A stretch of DNA of 64,000 nt from Chthoniobacterales bacterium. Lineage in GTDB: Bacteria > Verrucomicrobiota > Verrucomicrobiia > Chthoniobacterales > DYNR01. Within the stretch, counting starts at the first letter, position 1. Each line of letters opens with the position of its first letter. Below the pieces are notes generated by a model. The model saw only the letters and a program-made list of their open reading frames with translations, did no database searches and had not been told where the DNA came from. The stretch spans positions 5,909 through 69,908 of the forward strand of contig JAOAAX010000001.1 of assembly GCA_026418675.1 (NCBI GenBank), written 5' to 3'. Positions 21,731 through 29,285 of the stretch are shown here, one piece after another. The position numbers were made by a program, and so were the translations under genes.

Positions 21731-23110
21731 ATGGCTTCTTCAAATCTTGATTTTCTTCGCTCTGGAATTTTGCTCGCTGGACGTTACAAACTCCTCGAAA
21801 GAATTCCACGATGGGTAAGTGAACGTAGGTTTAGGGCGCTGGACACAAATTCTCAAAAAAGCTGCAATATTTTGTTTTTTTCTTTAAGCGAAAAAAACTT
21901 TCAAACCTTAATCGAATGGGTTCATACCCTCCGCTCATTTTCCCATTCTGGAATTTACTCAATTTGGGATGTAGGAGAATTTCAAAATTTTCAATATATT
22001 GTCGGAGAAGATGTCTTTGCTCCCTCCTTGCGGGAACGTGTCGAAAATGAAGGAAATTTTAGTTGTGATAACTTACAACGTTTATTTACAAGAATCATTG
22101 AAACAATCCAATTTTTAAAAGAAAATCATTTCCCATTACCGCCACTAGGAATAGACCAAATTCTTGTTCAGCCAAACGCACTTCGCCCTATTATATTCCC
22201 AATTCCCCTTCCCGCTCACCCTTCCACACCAGAAGATTTACTACCAGGCAAATTACGGGATATTCTTTATTATCTCTCAACTAATAATGAACCTCCTGAG
22301 AATTACTCCCCCGAACTCTTACTCAATTTTCCGCCGGCCACTCGTCAAGCATACAGTTATGTATTCCACAATTCTCCTACATTACAAAGCTTCCGAGAGT
22401 TCTGTTCGGTCCATGTAACTCCACTTCCAACCCGTCCCTTACCATCAATACTCCCATTATCTAGTTCCTCTCCAGCAATTCGTAAAACCAAATCTGACGA
22501 ACCGGATGAATTTGATGAACCTAGTGAGAAATCTGAACGAATCCGCAAACGACGCCCCCCACCACCAGGTTCTCTCGCATCAAAAATTTCTACAACAGTT
22601 TCAATTATAACATTCCTGTGTTGTGTCGCTTTTTTTGCCTTTGCAGCAAATGCTTTTTTGATTCCCAAACCATCACAAACAACCCCAATTTCAAAAGCGA
22701 ATTCACCAAATTCGACGCTATCACAATTTTCAACTTCTGCTAAAATAGAGCCGCTTCCCCAATGGCCAATGGACAAACCGGGTCAACCAGGTTCTGCGAT
22801 ACCTCGATGGTTGCAGATTTGGATATCTTCACCAAATGATCCAAATATATCCACTAAATTCGAAGATTACATAAAATCCCTTTTACCCCATGAACAAGCT
22901 TTGAGAATGGGTCTCCTTCCTGATACACTCGATGAGCTCGAAAAAGCTCATCAAGCTGGGTTTTTGCCTGCTTCGTATATATTAGGACGCGTTTTGTGGG
23001 GAAGAGAATCGGCACGTTCTGAGTCCATCATGGCAACTGCTGCGCGAGCTGGTTACAAAGATGCACAAAAATGGTGTGAGGAACTTTACATTAATTGGAA
23101 ATCTCCCTAA
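21731..23110 (+). CDS. Membrane-anchored Ser/Thr kinase-like (pseudokinase) protein with a C-terminal Sel1-like repeat
   Basis: Kinase-like LLAGRYKLLE...HSGIYSIWDVGE...YIVGE...SLRERV, but no HRD or DFG motif. Followed by a Pro-rich linker, one TM helix and a Sel1-like tail. Confidence 0.6.
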   Translation: MASSNLDFLRSGILLAGRYKLLERIPRWVSERRFRALDTNSQKSCNILFFSLSEKNFQTLIEWVHTLRSFSHSGIYSIWDVGEFQNFQYIVGEDVFAPSLRERVENEGNFSCDNLQRLFTRIIETIQFLKENHFPLPPLGIDQILVQPNALRPIIFPIPLPAHPSTPEDLLPGKLRDILYYLSTNNEPPENYSPELLLNFPPATRQAYSYVFHNSPTLQSFREFCSVHVTPLPTRPLPSILPLSSSSPAIRKTKSDEPDEFDEPSEKSERIRKRRPPPPGSLASKISTTVSIITFLCCVAFFAFAANAFLIPKPSQTTPISKANSPNSTLSQFSTSAKIEPLPQWPMDKPGQPGSAIPRWLQIWISSPNDPNISTKFEDYIKSLLPHEQALRMGLLPDTLDELEKAHQAGFLPASYILGRVLWGRESARSESIMATAARAGYKDAQKWCEELYINWKSP

Positions 23111-23126
23111 AAACACGAACATTCCA

Positions 23127-23351
23127 ATGGAAGAAAGAAAATTTTTAACTCAACTCGTATTAAATTGCCCAGCTTATCAAAACCACCTTCCTGATTGTCC
23201 ACTGCGGTCATTTTCAGACTCTTGTAACGAATCTGAAATCCTACAACGTCTCAACTTTCTTTCGGATGAAGAAGTTCAAGATTTGATCCGCAAGCATTTT
23301 CTCTGTTTATGTCGGAAAGATGGTTGTGAAGTCGTAATCTCCTCATCTTAG
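23127..23351 (+). CDS. Small Cys/His-rich hypothetical protein
   Basis: ATG at 23127. Pattern CP-x8-CPL...HFLCLC, potentially metal-binding. Confidence 0.55.
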   Translation: MEERKFLTQLVLNCPAYQNHLPDCPLRSFSDSCNESEILQRLNFLSDEEVQDLIRKHFLCLCRKDGCEVVISSS

Positions 23352-23425
23352 TTTACAAAAGAAACCCCGAGGCGCTCATTTAACCAAATTAGTAACATAA
23401 CAATAATTACGTAACACGTTTCGCA

Positions 23426-24730
23426 ATGATTGACCGCTACACACTTCCCTTAATGCGCTCTATCTGGTCTGAAGAACGAAAATTTCAGATTTGGCTTCAA
23501 ATAGAAATTTTGGCCTGCGAAGCGATGGCAAATTTCGGGATCATACCTGAAAAAGATGCTAAAGAAATTCGTTCAAGAGCCAAGTTTGACCTTGAGCGCA
23601 TTCATGAAATTGAAAAAAGGACAAACCATGATGTCATAGCTTTTTTAGAAAATGTAGCGGAATATGTCGGTCCTCCTTCTCGATGGATCCATTATGGTCT
23701 GACATCGTCTGACTTGCTAGATACGACATTAGCAGTTCAGATGAACGAATCTTGTGCAATTCTCCTCGAAGATTTGGATAATCTGCGAAAGTCCATAGCT
23801 CGACGGGCTGTTGAACATAAATTCACCCCGATGATAGGCCGAAGTCATGGTGTTCATGCTGAGCCGATTACATTTGGGTTAAAGTTAGCCTTAATGTATG
23901 ACGAATTTGGACGTGCAATCCAACGGCTAGTGCAGACTCGCGAGAGGATAAGAGTAGGAAAACTTAGTGGAGCCGTTGGCACTCATGCTCACCTCGACCC
24001 AAGAGTAGAAAAATATGTTTGCGAAAAATTAGGGTTAGTCCCCTCCCCTCTTTCTACCCAAATTCTCCAACGCGATCGTCACGCAGAATTCCTTCTTACT
24101 CTTGCTTTAATTGGTTCTAGTGTTGAACGATGGGCAACTGAATTTCGTCACCTACAACGGACCGAAGTGCTTGAAGTTGAAGAATATTTTTCCCAAGGGC
24201 AAAAAGGCTCTTCGGCAATGCCTCACAAACGCAACCCAATCACTTTTGAGCGTCTCTGCGGACTAGCCCGCGTATTGCGGGGGAATGCTTTTGTTGCACT
24301 GGAAAATATTGCACTCTGGCACGAACGCGACATTAGTCACAGTAGCGCTGAAAGAATAATTTTTCCAGACTCCTGCACCATGCTGGACTACATGCTCCAA
24401 AAGCTAAATGAACTCATTACCACACTCCATGTTTACCCAGAAAACATGTCTCGCAACCTCAATCTAACTCATGGATTGTATGGCAGCCAATCTTTACTAC
24501 TTCTTCTAACAAAACGTGGCGTTGAGCGCAAACCTGCTTACGAAGCAGTCCAGCAAGCCGCTCTGCGAACCTGGAAAGAAAAAATTCCTCTCGCAGAATC
24601 GGCTTCTCTCGAACCTCTTATTGCCTCTTACCTCACACAAGAGGAAATTCAAAACGCATGTTCTCTCGAACCTCATCTTGCTCATATTGAAGAAAAATTT
24701 ATCCAAGTCGGAATCAACGGCAGCTTATAA
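23426..24730 (+). CDS. purB: Adenylosuccinate lyase
   Basis: Motifs HDVIAF, HYGLTSSD, GRSHGVHAEP and the signature GSSAMPHKRNP. Confidence 0.97.
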   Translation: MIDRYTLPLMRSIWSEERKFQIWLQIEILACEAMANFGIIPEKDAKEIRSRAKFDLERIHEIEKRTNHDVIAFLENVAEYVGPPSRWIHYGLTSSDLLDTTLAVQMNESCAILLEDLDNLRKSIARRAVEHKFTPMIGRSHGVHAEPITFGLKLALMYDEFGRAIQRLVQTRERIRVGKLSGAVGTHAHLDPRVEKYVCEKLGLVPSPLSTQILQRDRHAEFLLTLALIGSSVERWATEFRHLQRTEVLEVEEYFSQGQKGSSAMPHKRNPITFERLCGLARVLRGNAFVALENIALWHERDISHSSAERIIFPDSCTMLDYMLQKLNELITTLHVYPENMSRNLNLTHGLYGSQSLLLLLTKRGVERKPAYEAVQQAALRTWKEKIPLAESASLEPLIASYLTQEEIQNACSLEPHLAHIEEKFIQVGINGSL

Positions 24731-24744
24731 AAAACTAAGATAAA

Positions 24745-25947
24745 ATGAAAATGCCCTTTCTAAACTTTTCTTACTGTCATATCATCAATTTCTCCTTTAC
24801 ACTTCTAGTATTAGCTTCTTCAACTTTTGCAAACCAACCCGATTCTGCCACTTCGGCTCCTAACGCAAATACTACTTTATTTCCGCCTCAAAATCCGGGT
24901 CGTTCTAACTCCAAAGTTGCCGTCATTGGTTATCATCGTTTTGAAAATCCAGCACGCGATCCCCTGGCAATTACACCCGAACAATTTCGTGCACAACTCC
25001 AACAAATTCGCGACAGTGGAATTACAGTTATCTCAATGGAAGACTTCTTAGCATGGCGTCGTAGGGAAAAAGAAATCCCTGAGCGTTCTGCGCTTATAAC
25101 GATCGATGATGGTTTCAATTGCACCTATTATGTTGCTTGGCCTATCCTTCGTGAATTTGGATATCCCTTCACGTTTTTTGTTTATTCAAACTTTATCAAC
25201 AAAGGTGGGCGTTCCATCACCTGGGAACAATTGCGTGAGATGCAACAAGCAGGCGTAACTATTGGGTCCCATAGCGTTTCTCACGATTTTCTGACAAAAC
25301 CCAAACGAACAAAACCCGATAATTATGATCTCTGGCTCGAAAATGAGTTCACACAAATCCGCAATGAACTGCGCGAACATCTTGGCACTGAAACCCTAGT
25401 GTTTGCGTATCCCTACGGTGTTCACAACGCTGCTGTCCGACAAATGGGATTAGCAACTGGCTACACTGCACTTTTTACCGTCTCTGGCAAACACATCACC
25501 CGCGAAACACCATCAGATGAGCTTGGTCGCTTTATTGTCCAGAGTGACAAACCCGAAACTTTTCTCTCAGCACTTAAATTTGGCCCCACAACAATTTCTA
25601 TTGCAAACTCTAACTCCAACTTTAATGTAACTCCTTCAAACGGTTCTACAATCTCCGACCTTTTCCCACTCATCCAAGCAGACATCGCCTCAATACCCGA
25701 TGTTGATCCAAAATCAATTGAGATGCGGATAAGTGGAATTGGTTCCGTCCCACTTCAATTTGATTCCACAGCACGAAAGATCTCCTACCAATTACGACAG
25801 AGGCTCCACGGCAATAACGTTACTATCCTTGTGCGTGCACGCTCAACATCTGGTAAACGATACGAATTTACTTGGAATTTCCAACATGAAGTTTCTTCTC
25901 CCTCAATGTCGCAAACCTTGTTAGAAACACCAACCCAAAACCAATAA
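24745..25947 (+). CDS. Exported polysaccharide deacetylase (IcaB/PgaB-like CE4) with a C-terminal beta-rich domain
   Basis: Signal peptide and motifs GYHRF, ITIDDG, GSHSVSH and FAYPYG. Confidence 0.88.
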   Translation: MKMPFLNFSYCHIINFSFTLLVLASSTFANQPDSATSAPNANTTLFPPQNPGRSNSKVAVIGYHRFENPARDPLAITPEQFRAQLQQIRDSGITVISMEDFLAWRRREKEIPERSALITIDDGFNCTYYVAWPILREFGYPFTFFVYSNFINKGGRSITWEQLREMQQAGVTIGSHSVSHDFLTKPKRTKPDNYDLWLENEFTQIRNELREHLGTETLVFAYPYGVHNAAVRQMGLATGYTALFTVSGKHITRETPSDELGRFIVQSDKPETFLSALKFGPTTISIANSNSNFNVTPSNGSTISDLFPLIQADIASIPDVDPKSIEMRISGIGSVPLQFDSTARKISYQLRQRLHGNNVTILVRARSTSGKRYEFTWNFQHEVSSPSMSQTLLETPTQNQ

Positions 25948-25998
25948 TGCTGATTTGTAATTATTATTTTTTCGATAAAAAATCGGCAACTAATTAAC

Positions 25999-26415
25999 TT
26001 ATGGTCCTACTGTAACCATAGTTTGACTGGGAGCTACTTGTGTCCCTGCCGGCATATTGGGAGTGGAAACGTTATTATGGGCAACAATAGAACCTTGATA
26101 AGCAGCGCTAGCTCCCTCTATTTTTACCGTCATGCTACCGAGTTTAAACTGGCATGGGCCCATGATTGTATTTGATACAACTCCCCCAAGCGTCCCCGCC
26201 TGGTCACCGTTGCTCATGGTAGTTTGAGTTAAAACTGTTGCTGCTTTAAAACCGCAAATTTTCACTGTTTGGGCTAAGGTGCTAGGGTTACATTGATTGA
26301 GCATTGCAATGTTCGGATAAGGGACTGGAACTGGTCCTGCGGGTGTTGGTGTTTTACACACATCCGGAATTGCTTGGCATATCCCTTGCGGACTATTTGT
26401 GGATGCAGGAAACAT
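25999..26415 (-). CDS. DUF4150 PAAR-like spike tip protein (TagD-like)
   Basis: Motifs PDVCKTP..PVPVPYPNIA, GDQAGTLGGVVS, GSMTVKIEG and the terminal PSQTMV. No toxin extension. Confidence 0.92.
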   Translation of the reverse strand: MFPASTNSPQGICQAIPDVCKTPTPAGPVPVPYPNIAMLNQCNPSTLAQTVKICGFKAATVLTQTTMSNGDQAGTLGGVVSNTIMGPCQFKLGSMTVKIEGASAAYQGSIVAHNNVSTPNMPAGTQVAPSQTMVTVGP

Positions 26416-26456
26416 ATTACAAAGCTGTATCTTTCAAAACTTTAGATTGCATATAA

Positions 26457-27056
26457 TTAATTTAAATCAATAGATTGGCTACGAAGCTTTATCGAAGTAG
26501 CTCCTCGTTGAAAAATCGAACCCGCCTCTTGGTGCAATTCCCCAGCAACATTTTGTTCAACTCGGCCCGATTCCATACGACAACACCCAGCTACCTTCTG
26601 GACGAATTCCTTACAACGTTGCCAAAACCAGCTCGCATAAAATTGAATTTCCTGACCTAAAAAACGCATTTTTTTTGCTTTTAGTTCGATTTCCTTGGAA
26701 GTAGCGAAGCGAATAGGTCCTGCCGGAGCAGTTATTTCTAACCCATCGGGAAAGCAAAGTTGGGTTGGTCCCACCGACGCAAAAACCCCGATAACATACC
26801 AATCCCGTTCATTGCTAATCGCTAGAACTATATCGCCTGGCTTTGGAAAGTAAAAAAACGCTGTTGCAACATAAGCCCAAGCGTAAGCATCGGCACATTC
26901 TAAATAAACCTTCCCATGTTTCACTTCGATTACACGAGCTGGTCCCAAAAAAGATGGTGATAAACCCTCAAAAGCAGATGGGGGAATAGTCGCTTGAAAA
27001 TTCATAGCGATTTCCTTTTTTTGGGACTTATCATCCTGAAATGGAGATGTTTTCAT
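26457..27056 (-). CDS. DUF3540-family T6SS-associated protein (TagC-like)
   Basis: OB-like N-terminus (A...YFPKPGDIVL...YVIGV) and a beta-strand C-terminus ending IDLN. Sits between the pentapeptide and DUF4150 genes. Confidence 0.8.
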   Translation of the reverse strand: MKTSPFQDDKSQKKEIAMNFQATIPPSAFEGLSPSFLGPARVIEVKHGKVYLECADAYAWAYVATAFFYFPKPGDIVLAISNERDWYVIGVFASVGPTQLCFPDGLEITAPAGPIRFATSKEIELKAKKMRFLGQEIQFYASWFWQRCKEFVQKVAGCCRMESGRVEQNVAGELHQEAGSIFQRGATSIKLRSQSIDLN

Positions 27057-27141
27057 AATTGAGCTTTCCTAAGTTTTAAAATGCAAATTTCTATCCTTAA
27101 AAATATCCCAAAAAATTCAGACAAGATTGGCAAACATACGT

Positions 27142-29262
27142 TTAATTTTCCCCAGGAATTTTCCAAAGTTCGGCAGTTAAGAGCTCGGGATCATGAGTCC
27201 GGAGGTCTTTCGTAATGGTAGAGTCGAAAATTGCATGGGTGGTATTCGAACCATGAATATTTGCCAAAGTCAAGTTAGCACAAGAGAAATTGGCTTGTTG
27301 AAAATTGGCATGGGTAAGGATAGCATACATCAAATTGGCGCCAATAAAAACCGCCTTTTGTGCTTGGGCTCCATCCCAGACACTTTCTGGTGCTTTAATT
27401 TTTGTAAACTTCGCTTGTTCAAGAATCGCCCCGCCAAAGAAAGCCTTTTCAAGAATCGCTCCTTCAAGATCAGCATCCTTTAGGTTAGCGGATGCGAAAA
27501 TAGCCGACGGTGCAGTTGCAGCAGCTAATATCGCACCCTGCAAATTTGCATAAGAAAAGTCTGTTTGCCGCAAATCGCATTGGCTGAGATTAGATTGAAC
27601 CAAATTTGCTTTTGAAAAAGTGGATTGGGGGAATGCACACGAGCGTAAATCCCTACTCGGCAATTCAATTCCATCTAGAGAACAAAGGTAAAAAAGCGTT
27701 TGATTAAGCTGACTTTGGGAAAGCATCTTTCCAGTTAAGGAAATCGCTTGAGCTTTTACTTCCGTCCAATCGCAGTTCTCCAGTTTTGCATCAGAAAAAT
27801 CCGACATGTAAATTTGAGATCGTCGGAGGCTTACGTTTTTCAGAAATGACTTGCTGAAACGTGCCTCCGCCAATTGACTTTCAGTAAAATTTGCCCCTTC
27901 GAGATTACACTCCAGAAACGAAGTTTGGATTAAATTACAAGACGAAAAATTAACCCCTAGCAACTTACACCGAGAAAAAACGGATTTTGAGAGATCGCGA
28001 CCACGCCAATCTGCCGCCGTGAAATCTTGACCTTCAAATCTTAGAGCTTGCATTTCGGAACCTAAGCGATCGAGTAAGTCGCGATCCATCTCTGCCAGCC
28101 TAAAAGAACAATCTAAGAATTTCAAAGGGATTCCAGTAATTCCCAAAAGTTTTGCTCTGTCAAATTCGCAAGAAGTCCACTGGACTCTCCCCCACCCTGC
28201 TTTTATCAAAGAGGAATCTGCAAAGCTAACTTTAAATCCATCAACTTCTTCCCAATTGGTCTCGGATAAGTTGCAGGCGAAAAAATTACAATCAGATACT
28301 CGTGAACCCTTCCACTGCGCCCCTTCCAACTCGCAGTTATCGAAGCTACATTGCAAAAAGCGTAATTTGCTGAAATTCAACCCCTTCATCTTACAGTTTG
28401 TTAATTGCAACTTCCCAAAATTTCTCGGCCAGTAAGATTCTGCTTCAAAATTGCATCCCCAAAATCGGCTTTGGTAACATTTTGCGTCCACAGCATGCCA
28501 AATACCAAACTGAGTCCCCTGAAACTCACAATCCAGAAACGTTGCCCCTTGCGCCTGCCAATTTGTAATTTCAAAGTTCAAAAAAAGCACCTTTCGAAAA
28601 TGAGTTTCAGGGGTGCGAAGATTAGGAAAAGTTCCTTCAAGTAATCGCATATCTTGTAACAGGGACTTCTGAATCAAAGCGGATTTTCCACGGCAATTTA
28701 TCCACTTACCACCCGAAAAAAGGGAATTTTGAATAACCGCTCCTTCCATTTCACACCCAAAGAAAAAGGGATATTCTACTTTGCATCCCATGAGACTTAA
28801 TCCCAAAAATTGTAATGCCTCAAAATGTGGGTAAAAAAATTTACAATTGTTAAATAACACTTTTTTTGATTCGCAGTTCTCAATTTTTAATTCTCGAAAT
28901 TCGCAGCCAGCAAATTCAGCATTTTCGAATTTGCATGAACCGAAACTGGAAGTTTTTAAAATGCAATTTTTAAAATTCGTTGAATTAAAAATACAATTTG
29001 CAAAAGTAACATCAACAAATTCAATGTCGGTAAAAGATTTTCCTTCCAAATCCAAATTAAGTAACGAACAATTCCTTATTAATTTATTTCTTGTATTGAG
29101 AAGATCATCAAGTTCGGAAATCGTTTCGATAATTTTTGGGAGTTCTTTCGAAGCATCTGCTTCATTTTGGGGTATTTGTTTAGGGCCTTCTGGTCCTTGT
29201 GTGATTGGCTTTGTTGCAGCTTCTTCAAATTTTGCTGAATCATGAGATTTACTCAAATCCAT
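27142..29262 (-). CDS. Pentapeptide-repeat protein (TagB-like)
   Basis: A-x-L/F-x-x repeats run over nearly the whole 706 aa (e.g. ANLQGAILAAA, ANLKDADLEGAILEKA). Confidence 0.92.
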   Translation of the reverse strand: MDLSKSHDSAKFEEAATKPITQGPEGPKQIPQNEADASKELPKIIETISELDDLLNTRNKLIRNCSLLNLDLEGKSFTDIEFVDVTFANCIFNSTNFKNCILKTSSFGSCKFENAEFAGCEFRELKIENCESKKVLFNNCKFFYPHFEALQFLGLSLMGCKVEYPFFFGCEMEGAVIQNSLFSGGKWINCRGKSALIQKSLLQDMRLLEGTFPNLRTPETHFRKVLFLNFEITNWQAQGATFLDCEFQGTQFGIWHAVDAKCYQSRFWGCNFEAESYWPRNFGKLQLTNCKMKGLNFSKLRFLQCSFDNCELEGAQWKGSRVSDCNFFACNLSETNWEEVDGFKVSFADSSLIKAGWGRVQWTSCEFDRAKLLGITGIPLKFLDCSFRLAEMDRDLLDRLGSEMQALRFEGQDFTAADWRGRDLSKSVFSRCKLLGVNFSSCNLIQTSFLECNLEGANFTESQLAEARFSKSFLKNVSLRRSQIYMSDFSDAKLENCDWTEVKAQAISLTGKMLSQSQLNQTLFYLCSLDGIELPSRDLRSCAFPQSTFSKANLVQSNLSQCDLRQTDFSYANLQGAILAAATAPSAIFASANLKDADLEGAILEKAFFGGAILEQAKFTKIKAPESVWDGAQAQKAVFIGANLMYAILTHANFQQANFSCANLTLANIHGSNTTHAIFDSTITKDLRTHDPELLTAELWKIPGEN

Positions 29263-29285
29263 AGATACAACCTACTTCTGATTCT

